Shown piece by piece: positions 38,600-47,498 of a DNA stretch of 64,000 nucleotides. The notes below the pieces were generated by a model. The model searched no databases. It saw nothing but the letters and a program-made list of their open reading frames with translations, and was not told where the DNA came from. Numbering within the stretch: position 1 is the first letter of the stretch; the number at the start of each line of letters is the position of its first letter. This stretch comes from Thermodesulfobacteriota bacterium (GTDB taxonomy: Bacteria; Desulfobacterota; Desulfarculia; JACQYL01), in contig CAXXLZ010000002.1 of assembly GCA_963675595.2 (NCBI GenBank), forward strand, positions 3,488,001 to 3,552,000. The letters are read 5' to 3'. The translations under genes and the position numbers were made by a program.

Positions 38600-41536
38600 C
38601 TAATCGTGCGTGGAAGTGATCAAAGCCGCATCATAGGTGGGATTCCCCACGTAGTTGTCCACACCGTAGGAAGCGCCCATGAGCAAGGAGCCGTAACCTC
38701 CGTTTACCTTGCTGTAATCGATGGGAAATAAGAGGAAGAATCCCGCCTTTACGGCTTGAGTTGACCCGTCCTTCACTTTGACGATCTGTCCGATGGTCTT
38801 GCCGGTATCGTACTGATCCACCAGTGCGCTGTAGATATCCGTAAACGCGTAGCCTTTGTAGTAGAAACTATCGCGCCCGTCCGGCAACGTGGGTCGGAAC
38901 TGATCCGAGGTGACGCATGTCGTCGTTTTGTCGGAAGAAACGGACACCCTCATGATCCTATTCGCTTCCCAAAGATCCTTGGTTTGGGTCTTGTCCGGAA
39001 AGTACAACGCGTGGGTTCGGTCGAGGGAATCCACGTCAAACCCCTCACAATATTCCATCAACAGATCAAAAGTTGTGGGATGTATGTCCGCCGCCATATT
39101 GGTGTAGATGGTTTCTTTGATATTTTGTTCTTTGACCTGGAAGGCGATGGCGCTGTTCCTGAGGTCGATGGGATCCACTCGTAGGTCCGGGTAGTACGGC
39201 GTCCGATAGTAAGGGGCGATCATTCCGTTGCTGCCGAAGATCAGTTGGAACCGACCGGCAAGCTGCAGGAATAATAACTTGGGGTCATGTTTCAGTTCGT
39301 AACGGAAGATCGGGAAAAGAGGAGATTCGCTGCGTCCGTCATATAAATCGACCGGATTCGGTGTGTCTTTGATCCGCATACCGCGATTGCTTACAATCTT
39401 GTACAAATGCTGGTTGCAGTGAACATCCTGCGTATAGCCATCATAATTGACCATATCCGCCAATTGATCCAAGGCGGCGAACACCAGATTCTGATTCTTG
39501 AAAACAAAGGGAGCGTACCCTCCGGGAGCGTCCCGCCACACGTGCATGACTTTGGGATTACATAGATATTTCACGTAATTGAACTTATCTCTATCGGATC
39601 CCAGGGACTTGTATAATTGGGAATTCTCCACGTCCCCATTCTCGGCGTCTCCGTACATGTCTACGGCGAAGTGATGCAACAGATCGACTTCGATATCCTG
39701 ACCGGACGTCATATGCGTGGTAGCCAAATCGTAGGCTTTGTCCGAGAATGCTTCATAGAAGTCCTGAATCTGAGCATTGAATGATTTCGATACGTTACTT
39801 ATCACAAAATTGCTCATGAATTGCGTGTAGTCGGCCAATTGCCTGAATAGATCCACAACCATCAACAGCTTGGTTGCATTGGCATAAGAATCGGCCCGGT
39901 CGGCCCGGTCGGGCAGGACGATCTTGCTGGTTCGGAGTGCGGAGATGACGTCTTCATAAGGAGTCGTCTCAAAGCCGCTGACGATCATGTCGTCGATTCG
40001 TAGAATATTGGAGCCTTGCTCGACAATATCGCCGTCGTCCCGGTCGCTTTCCTGTAGCAGCAGCTCCAATTCTTCGGAAAAGCGGTGATATAGCGTAGTG
40101 CCGTTATTGTCCGGCTCCGTTGGGTCCTCATCCAGGAGAGAATCCAGTCCTTCAACGTCAAGCTCGTCACTGATGTCCTTGATCTCGGTATCCACTTCGC
40201 TTCCGGCTTTCAGGTCTTTCTGGTACTGCTTCCATTCTTTGTAACTGGCGAATACGGAGTCCGGAGGCGCGCTGACTTCCTTTTTCAGTGCGGGCGTATC
40301 GAGCACTTCCACCGTGGGGGAAGTGGGTACTTTCAGAGTGGGCACGTAGAGGGGCGTGCCTTCGTCACTGAGAATCGACTTGATTTGCGAGGCGAAGGAG
40401 CCCAGGTCCATGCCGCCCGGGCGCGAATGGGCTTCTATGTGAAGATTCTTCATGGCGCCCGCCCACCCGGATTGTTGGGCGAAGGTGGCGGATGACGCGC
40501 TTTCCGCGGAGAATTTGGAGGGAACGCCGCCTCCCAGCGAAAGGGCCACGCCCACCCGCGCCTCTTCATTACCGCTGTTTTCGTCGAATTGAAGGGTGCC
40601 GTAGCCGTAGGCATAATTGGCGAAATAGAGTTTGCTCACGAAATGAGTGCCCACATGGGAATAGAAGTCCTGCACGGCATGGCCGATCTTTTGTTTCAAG
40701 GTCATCATGTTGGTGTACACAATGTTACGGACGGTCTCATTGTCCGCGAAGGTGTCGTATTGCGCTCTCAATATCCCGAAAATTTCTTCCATTTCCGATA
40801 GGAGCTGAACGTTGCCGTAGACGTTCCGTTGACTCCAGTCGACCTGTCCATGTCCTTGGTTTTTTTGGAAAATCAGCTCGTGGATATAGGTACCTTTGGA
40901 CACACCGGCGCTTTCCTCGGTGTAGTCCACATATTGCTTGATTTCACTTTCCGAAAGCGGCGTACCGATGAGATAAGGGGTCAGGTCGAATCCGGAGGCG
41001 AGATCAGAGGTGTTGAATTCATAATACGAGCCGTGCTTGCCTCGATTCATGGAAACATAGATGCTTCCGTCCGAGTTCGCCAAGGCCATGGAATGATCGG
41101 CGTGAATAGCGGCCCCCAGGCTGAACAACCCCCCGAAATTGGCGGAGGTCTTCGAGTCCGCGGATACCGCGTAGGAGAAAGACGTGGCGTTCTTATTGCT
41201 GGTCATGATGATGGCGATGTCATCTTGTGAAGCGCTCTGAGCGTTGAGATCGAGCAGAGATTCGTCGTCGATGAGTTTCAGGTTGAAAATAGGGGTGTTG
41301 TTGTATGTGGAGTCGATTACGTTGATCACCGTACCCACCACGAAATTGGATATGGAGTCGCTGTCGATCTGTTTACGCGTATTCGGGGCGGACAAACGAG
41401 CGATATCTCTTTCGTGGAATCCCAGTTCATTGATCATGGTGTCGTACTGCTCAACGCTTTCGGTTGAGCCTCCGCACCCGGCCAGCAGAAACGCTGAAAA
41501 CAAGAGTCCGATGCCCAATAAAATATTCCGCCGCAC
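38600..41536 (-). CDS. Large lipoprotein with a putative MACPF/CDC-like domain
   Basis: GTG start after AAAGGAG; lipobox LLAG-C; DFYSHVGTHFVSKLYFAN resembles the MACPF signature. The CDS is secure; the function is inferred. Confidence 0.65.
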   Translation of the reverse strand: MRRNILLGIGLLFSAFLLAGCGGSTESVEQYDTMINELGFHERDIARLSAPNTRKQIDSDSISNFVVGTVINVIDSTYNNTPIFNLKLIDDESLLDLNAQSASQDDIAIIMTSNKNATSFSYAVSADSKTSANFGGLFSLGAAIHADHSMALANSDGSIYVSMNRGKHGSYYEFNTSDLASGFDLTPYLIGTPLSESEIKQYVDYTEESAGVSKGTYIHELIFQKNQGHGQVDWSQRNVYGNVQLLSEMEEIFGILRAQYDTFADNETVRNIVYTNMMTLKQKIGHAVQDFYSHVGTHFVSKLYFANYAYGYGTLQFDENSGNEEARVGVALSLGGGVPSKFSAESASSATFAQQSGWAGAMKNLHIEAHSRPGGMDLGSFASQIKSILSDEGTPLYVPTLKVPTSPTVEVLDTPALKKEVSAPPDSVFASYKEWKQYQKDLKAGSEVDTEIKDISDELDVEGLDSLLDEDPTEPDNNGTTLYHRFSEELELLLQESDRDDGDIVEQGSNILRIDDMIVSGFETTPYEDVISALRTSKIVLPDRADRADSYANATKLLMVVDLFRQLADYTQFMSNFVISNVSKSFNAQIQDFYEAFSDKAYDLATTHMTSGQDIEVDLLHHFAVDMYGDAENGDVENSQLYKSLGSDRDKFNYVKYLCNPKVMHVWRDAPGGYAPFVFKNQNLVFAALDQLADMVNYDGYTQDVHCNQHLYKIVSNRGMRIKDTPNPVDLYDGRSESPLFPIFRYELKHDPKLLFLQLAGRFQLIFGSNGMIAPYYRTPYYPDLRVDPIDLRNSAIAFQVKEQNIKETIYTNMAADIHPTTFDLLMEYCEGFDVDSLDRTHALYFPDKTQTKDLWEANRIMRVSVSSDKTTTCVTSDQFRPTLPDGRDSFYYKGYAFTDIYSALVDQYDTGKTIGQIVKVKDGSTQAVKAGFFLLFPIDYSKVNGGYGSLLMGASYGVDNYVGNPTYDAALITSTHD

Positions 41537-42248
41537 AATTTCTCCTTTGTTCACCAGGGATTATGATTTCAAGCCAAGTCGGGCCATGGTTGCATGGCTG
41601 AAGGTCAAATGACTGTGCCGACACCTCAGGTGAACCGAGGTGTGCCTTCGTCGCGAGCATTCGGGGGGGACTCCCGATTCTAAGAGTCCGCCTCGGCTCC
41701 GCCGGCAGGCCGAGTCCATGTTGGGTCGACATAGGTGAGGAATTCGCTGGAAGCTTACACGGGTTTGCAGCGGAAACACCGATGGACGAAGCGACGCTCA
41801 AGCAGTTTTCGACACGGTCGAAAGGGAGAGCACTCTTCTTCAATTCGCTTGTCGGAGTCTCCGGAACGGAAACGGCTTGCCGCGAAATGATCCGTGCTTC
41901 AAGAAATCGATGGCCACCGGTCGGTTAGGAGCGGCCGAACAGCCTCATTCCCCCTCTGCGGATCCCCAACACGGCCACGTTGCCGCTCAATACAAGTTTT
42001 CGTCCCTAACAGATGGGAGGGAGATGCTCAAGTGTTTTATGTAATCTTGTTATGGATTTTGTTTTGGGGATTGGCGGGCGGGAAGTCACTTTTCCGTACA
42101 CCCGGAGTTCGTTTCGGCCGGCCCTTCAAAACCGAGGGAGGGACTTTTTCTTTCCATCCACGACGAAATCGGGGTATAAGTTCCAACCGTTTCAGGCCGT
42201 TTGCTTTGAGAAGAAGCGGACGGCAAAATCAATAAAGAGGATGGCAAC

Positions 42249-43649
42249 GTGGAAAATGTAATCACTCGGTTTCCCCCGAGTCCTACGGGATATCTGCACA
42301 TCGGCGGCGCACGCACCGCTTTGTTCAATTGGCTTTACGCACGCCGCAACGGCGGCAAGTTCATTCTTCGCCTCGAGGATACGGACACGGTCCGGTCTTC
42401 TCAGGAGTATGTGGACGCCATTATCGACGGCATGACGTGGCTGGGGCTGGATTGGGATGAAGGCCCCCACTATCAGAGCCGTCGTTTCGATCTTTACAAC
42501 GGATACATCGATAAGCTGCTGGAAACCGGACGCGCCTACTACTGTAACTGTCCCCCCGAAGAGCTGGAGGCCAAACGCAAAGAGGCCCTGGCCCAAGGCC
42601 GTAAGCCCATGTACGACCGGAAGTGCAGGGAGTTGGGATTGGGACCGGGCCCCGGCACCGTGGTGCGCCTCAAATCGCCTCTCGTGGGAGAGACCCGGTT
42701 TGAGGATATGATCAAGGGACATATTTCCTTTGAAAACAGTGAATTGGACGATCTGATCCTCAAACGGAGCGACGGGAGCCCCACCTATCACATGGCCGTG
42801 GTGTGCGACGACATCGACATGAAGATCACCCACGTGATCCGTGGGGACGACCATGTAAACAATACGCCTCGACAGATACTGATCTATCAGGCTTTGGAGG
42901 CCCCCCTGCCCAAGTTTGGACACGTTCCCATGATTCTGGGATCGGACAAGACCCGGTTGAGCAAGCGCCATGGCGCCACCAGCGTGCTTGCCTATCGCGA
43001 AATGGGGTATCTCCCTCAGGCGCTTCTCAACTACCTGGTGCGCCTCGGCTGGTCCCACGGGGACGAAGAGGTCTTCTCCAAGGAGGACCTGCTGGAAAAA
43101 TTCAGCCTGGAAAACGTGGGGAAATCCGCCGGTGTGTTCAACCCGGAAAAGCTGCTCTGGCTGAACAGCCATTATATCAAGGAATCCAAGCCGGAGGACC
43201 TGGTGGGTCCGCTGAAGCCTCTGCTGGAGAACCTCGGCATCCAAAATCCGGACCCGAACATCACGGCCGCGGCCGTGCCCACGCTCCAGACCCGTTCCAA
43301 GACCCTGGTGGAAATGGCGGAAGGCGCCGCCTTCTATTTCTTGGAAGAAGTGGAATATGACCAGGCTGCCGCGGACAAATTCCTGAAACCGGATTTCGTC
43401 GCTCTGTTCGAATCCATGCATCGGGGCCTTTCCGACCTCGCGGAATGGAAAGAAGCGGACATGCAGCCGGTCTTCGAGAAGCTCATGGAGGAACAGGGCC
43501 TCAAGTTCGGCAAGATCGCCCAGCCCCTGCGCGTGGCGCTTACCGGAAAGACCGTCAGTCCGGGCATCTTCGAAGTTCTCGAAGTGTTGGGCAAAGAGAA
43601 GAGCCTGAACCGGATCCAGCGGGCCCTGGACCGGATGCGCGGCGACTGA
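42249..43649 (+). CDS. gltX: Glutamate-tRNA ligase
   Basis: RFPPSPTGYLHIGG, LRLEDTD, THVIRGDDH, RLSKRHG, PLRVALTG. Confidence 0.97.
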   Translation: MENVITRFPPSPTGYLHIGGARTALFNWLYARRNGGKFILRLEDTDTVRSSQEYVDAIIDGMTWLGLDWDEGPHYQSRRFDLYNGYIDKLLETGRAYYCNCPPEELEAKRKEALAQGRKPMYDRKCRELGLGPGPGTVVRLKSPLVGETRFEDMIKGHISFENSELDDLILKRSDGSPTYHMAVVCDDIDMKITHVIRGDDHVNNTPRQILIYQALEAPLPKFGHVPMILGSDKTRLSKRHGATSVLAYREMGYLPQALLNYLVRLGWSHGDEEVFSKEDLLEKFSLENVGKSAGVFNPEKLLWLNSHYIKESKPEDLVGPLKPLLENLGIQNPDPNITAAAVPTLQTRSKTLVEMAEGAAFYFLEEVEYDQAAADKFLKPDFVALFESMHRGLSDLAEWKEADMQPVFEKLMEEQGLKFGKIAQPLRVALTGKTVSPGIFEVLEVLGKEKSLNRIQRALDRMRGD

Positions 43650-43778
43650 ATCAAGGAGAGGTAATCATTCACGGGGGGAACTTCTAAAAAAGTCCCCCCC
43701 GTACGGCCTCACCGCCTTCGGCGGAGAGGCTGAGAAAGAGGAAGTTCCCATGCCCCGGTGAATCTACGGGAATTTTTC

Positions 43779-43807
43779 TTGACAACGGAACGCATCACTG
43801 GTACCTC
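43779..43807 (+). promoter_or_regulatory. Putative tRNA promoter
   Basis: TTGACA-17-TACCTC with TG at the extended -10 position, ~20 nt before the tRNA. Confidence 0.5.
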
Positions 43808-43826
43808 TCCAATCTTCATGCACTAG

Positions 43827-43901
43827 AGGCGCGTAGCTCAGGGGGAGAGCGCTACCCTGACACGGTAGAAGTCAAGGGTTCAAATCCCTTCGCGCCTACC
43901 A
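43827..43901 (+). tRNA. tRNA-Val(GAC)
   Basis: Acceptor stem AGGCGCG/CGCGCCT, D arm GCTC/GAGC, anticodon stem CTACC/GGTAG with loop CTGACAC, T arm AAGGG-TTCAAAT-CCCTT, encoded CCA. Confidence 0.97.
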
Positions 43902-43924
43902 CGGAAAATCAATGCGTTCGCATG

Positions 43925-43962
43925 AAAAACGGGGCCGCCGGCAGGCCCCGTTTCGTTTTTTT
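43925..43962 (+). terminator. Intrinsic terminator after the tRNA
   Basis: AAACGGGGCC...GGCCCCGTTT followed by a T run. Confidence 0.75.
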
Positions 43963-44582
43963 CCGTATTTTTTTCTCAGCCGCGTTGCACTCGGTTTCGT
44001 CCAATGACCCTGTCTCAGCCGATTGTGAATCCGTGGCACCGTACGACGCTGCTTCGTAGAAACTCCCGCTCCTCCGTCAGCCGACCGTCAATCGTTTTCA
44101 GAAACGGCCGCAGAAAAGCATCAAGCTGATGTCGCCTCTCGCCGTTACCGCCGTACCCTCCCGCAAACTCTTGATCGTGTTCACGAGCGCCCCGTCTCTC
44201 GGGCGATCTCCTTGACTTCTTTGCCGTACACCAGATTGTCGTCCGAACGTAACCGTAAACACCCGATATCCCGGCAACGACACTCTTCCATTCGGTGAGG
44301 ATACGTTCCAGCCGGCGAAGGACGTGCGTGGTGATCTGAAAGGAATCGACAAGGGCGACGAATCCTTCATGTTTTCCGGGCTTAGCCGGATCCGGATTCG
44401 GCGGGTATCATCGGTCGGGACCCTGCCGAAATCATCTTCGATCGTGCGATCATGCGATCGCCCTTGCTCCGAGGAACTTGACGCGCCTGGGCGACGAGGT
44501 CTGTTCGAGAAGCGTTGCATGGGGCGGGGGAAACTCTTTCGAAGGCTTCCCCCGCGAACCCCCGCGAACGGACGTACGTGTT

Positions 44583-46835
44583 CTATTTCGTATACCCTGC
44601 AATGAAGGCTACGTAGTCCTGATTCCCCGTGTTGGCCGTGACATCCGTGTAGCTTTTGTTCGAAGGCTCGAACACGTAGCCGCTGAGGGAAGGCGTCACG
44701 GTGCCGCTCCACCCGGCCGGCACGCCGTAAGCGTAGTCCCCGTTGGCGTCGGTGGTGGTACTACCGGCGCCGTCGCTGAAAGTGACCGTCACGCCCTGCA
44801 TGGGGCTCCCGCCCAATACAAAGCTGATGTTTCCCGAAATGAAGACCATGATTTGGGCCGCATAGAAGCCCGTATAATCCTGGTTGTTCACACTGGAAGT
44901 CAGGTCGGTGTAGCTTCTGGAAGTGGGATCAAAGGTGTATCCGCTCAAGGAAGGCGTTACGGTGCCGTTCCACCCCGCGGGCACACCGTAAGAGTATTCT
45001 CCGTTGGCATCGGTGGTGGTACTACCGGCGCCCCCGCTGAAGGTGACCGTTACGCCCTGCAGGGGCGTGCCTCCCAAAGTAAAGGAGATCGTTCCGGAAA
45101 CGAATACCGTGGCTTGTGCCGCCACGAAGCCGGTAAAATTCTGATTCAGGTAATCGAATACGACGTTGGTGTAGGAGCGCGACGTGGGGTCGAACGTATA
45201 ACCGCTCAGCGAAGGAGTCACCGTTCCGGACCAGCCGTCGGGTACCTGCATGCCGTAATCCCCGTTGGCGTCGGTGGTAACGGAGCCTAGTCCACCGCTG
45301 AACGTCACAGTTACGTTTTGCATGGGGGAGCCGCCCAGCACGAAGATCACCCTGCCGGAAACGATGTGGCCCGAACCGCCCGTGGACGTGCCTTCAAAAT
45401 TCTGGTCGATGAGGTTCGTGTTCACCGCGCCGTAGCTAAGGGACGGGGGGACGAAGGTCCAGCCGCTCTTGGAGGGGGTGGCCGTTCCGGTGTAGGGTGC
45501 GGTGAGCTGCTTGCTGTAGTGGCCCGAGGCGTCGGTGGTGGTGGTGCCTCCGCCGTTGGTATAGCTGATTGTCACGTCGGGGATGGGGTTATAAGGCGGG
45601 GAATCTTCCACCACGATTCCGGAGAGCGTTACGGTCTGTGGGGAAGTCGCTGTAGCTTCGTAGTCTTCTCCGGTCACGTCGGCCGTGACGTTGGTATAGC
45701 CCTTGGAAGACGGCGCGAACGTGTACCCGCCCAGTGAAGGCGTGATGGTGCCGCTCCAGCCGTCGGGAACCGGGAGACTGTAATTGCCCGACGCGTCGGT
45801 GTTGGTCGAGCCCGCGCCGTTGTCGCCGGAAATCGTTACGCCCGAAAGCGGAGTCCCTCCCGGTGCGACCGTCACGGCGCCCGATATCGCGTGCGTCCCG
45901 GACGAAGAAACCGAAATGTATTCCGTGCGCAGGGAAATGAATGCCACGCCGTTATATACTACGGTACGCCAGACGTCATAAGCGCCCGGAGATGCGTAGG
46001 TGTGTTGCGGGTTCTGGTCCGTGCTCATGCCGCCGTCGCCGAAATCCCAGTCGTATGCCGAAAGCATGACATTGGACGTATCGGTGAACTGCACGGACAG
46101 AGGCGCCGCACCGGACGTCGGACTTGCCGTGTAGTCAATGTCCAACGGTGCGGGCGGGTACAGCTTGAACACCTGATAGCCGAAGTTGTTGGCCTGCGGA
46201 TGGAGCGGGTCTGCCGAGACGGAATGCACGGTGATCACGCCCTGGCCCGCGCCGCTGAATTCCATTTCGATTTCTTCCGAACCGTCGCCCAGACTGGGGG
46301 CGACCAAGGTGATGTCCGTGGGATCGCCCACAAAGGCCTGAAAAGTCTCCGCATCGAAGGTGTAAACCACCACCATGCCTCCGGCGGCGTATTCCTGAAC
46401 GTACAGGTTCACCGAACTTGATGCGTCTTTCCAGATGCCCGAGTGGTCCGTGCGGATGGCGTCGAAGATCTTCTCGATTTCCTCTTCGAAAAGGATCTCG
46501 GGCGATCCGGTCGTCAGGTCCCACAGTGTGGCCACGGCTTCGGCGTCGCTCGAGAATTCAATGCGCAAACGACGATCGGAATCCGGGTCCAGTGAGTCCG
46601 CCTGGAAATTGTTCAGCACGATATCGGCTTGAAATGCGTAAAACGTAAGGCCGTCCGGAGTATAGATGACGATGGTGGATCCGGTTTCGTAATTCTGGAT
46701 ATAGAAGTTGTGCGTTGTGCCGGTGGGCGTATCCTTCCAAATACCCTGGGTTTGAGCCCATCCCGGGGCCGTATGGAGCCAAAGGATCAGTAAACCCGTC
46801 AATAGAATCCAAAGCTTGTAACGTGCCGAACGCAT
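44583..46835 (-). CDS. Secreted repeat protein: two N-terminal repeats, PKD domain, five ~87-aa Ig/prealbumin-like repeats
   Basis: Signal peptide (…GWA/QT); GIWKD repeat twice; PKD motif APLSVQFTDTS...WDFGDG...QNPQHTY; repeats ISG......P..GVTVTFS.G.G..TTDANG.Y...VP.GW.GTVTPS.SGYTF.P. Confidence 0.88.
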   Translation of the reverse strand: MRSARYKLWILLTGLLILWLHTAPGWAQTQGIWKDTPTGTTHNFYIQNYETGSTIVIYTPDGLTFYAFQADIVLNNFQADSLDPDSDRRLRIEFSSDAEAVATLWDLTTGSPEILFEEEIEKIFDAIRTDHSGIWKDASSSVNLYVQEYAAGGMVVVYTFDAETFQAFVGDPTDITLVAPSLGDGSEEIEMEFSGAGQGVITVHSVSADPLHPQANNFGYQVFKLYPPAPLDIDYTASPTSGAAPLSVQFTDTSNVMLSAYDWDFGDGGMSTDQNPQHTYASPGAYDVWRTVVYNGVAFISLRTEYISVSSSGTHAISGAVTVAPGGTPLSGVTISGDNGAGSTNTDASGNYSLPVPDGWSGTITPSLGGYTFAPSSKGYTNVTADVTGEDYEATATSPQTVTLSGIVVEDSPPYNPIPDVTISYTNGGGTTTTDASGHYSKQLTAPYTGTATPSKSGWTFVPPSLSYGAVNTNLIDQNFEGTSTGGSGHIVSGRVIFVLGGSPMQNVTVTFSGGLGSVTTDANGDYGMQVPDGWSGTVTPSLSGYTFDPTSRSYTNVVFDYLNQNFTGFVAAQATVFVSGTISFTLGGTPLQGVTVTFSGGAGSTTTDANGEYSYGVPAGWNGTVTPSLSGYTFDPTSRSYTDLTSSVNNQDYTGFYAAQIMVFISGNISFVLGGSPMQGVTVTFSDGAGSTTTDANGDYAYGVPAGWSGTVTPSLSGYVFEPSNKSYTDVTANTGNQDYVAFIAGYTK

Positions 46836-47217
46836 GGAGGACTCCTTTCACCGCTTGTCGCCACCGCGCCGCAACTACCGGCGACGCCGACCGTTGTTTG
46901 GGTATATGGGCCACTCTACGGGTCGGGAACGCAACCGATCCGTAGTTCGTCGGCTGATGGGATTCACATCGGGGTTTCCAATCCAATATACACTTTCGCC
47001 TTTACGATTCGCAATATCAGGCTCCGCGATCATTATCATCAACTTTTTCCGATCATTGAGTGAGCCATTGGCTCTTTTGGCCTTGGGAACTTCTGCAAAA
47101 TTTTTCTCAGGATTCCGAAAATCCGAAGGGTTTTCGAGAGGGGCTCGTGAGGGCTCTTGATGTTTTTATGGACCGTAACGTATTGAGATTCAACGGGTTG
47201 TGGTTGCCTGATCAGCT

Positions 47218-47261
47218 TGACACGGTAGATGTCGCGGGTTCAAATCCCTTCGCGCCCACCA
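47218..47261 (+). pseudogene. Duplicated 3' half of tRNA-Val (attR-like)
   Basis: Anticodon loop to CCA only; the 5' half is absent and the T stem is mispaired (GCGGG/CCCTT). Confidence 0.85.
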
Positions 47262-47498
47262 CGGAAAATCAATCCGTTCCCATGAAGAACGGGTCCGCCG
47301 GCAGGCCCCGTTTCGTTTTTTCCCACCGTCGTTTTTCTGCTCAACCACGCCGCATTCAGGCTCGACGCCTAATCATTGCAGCCCCTTTTTTTAAAAAAAC
47401 CGTTCGATTTCGAGTCTCCCGAACCCTTACAATGAGGCGGCGCGCCGGACGCGCGTCCGGTCAATTCCAGGCGAGGATTGGAAAGCGGAGGTTCCCGG

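Larger units (their letters stand above)
43858..47321. mobile_element. Integrase-less genomic islet at tRNA-Val bounded by att-like direct repeats
   Basis: 43858-43961 and 47218-47321 form a 104-nt direct repeat (8 mismatches, offset 3360) beginning in the anticodon loop. Confidence 0.7.

Noticed and set aside
42192-43421. 409-aa minus-strand ORF
   Set aside because: Antisense shadow of gltX.
44600-45900. Regularly spaced repeats as a CRISPR array or DGR template
   Set aside because: The period is 261 nt, in frame and within a coding sequence. There are no unique spacers, cas genes or reverse transcriptase.
47190-47261. Second functional tRNA-Val
   Set aside because: No 5' acceptor strand or D arm, and the T stem is mispaired.
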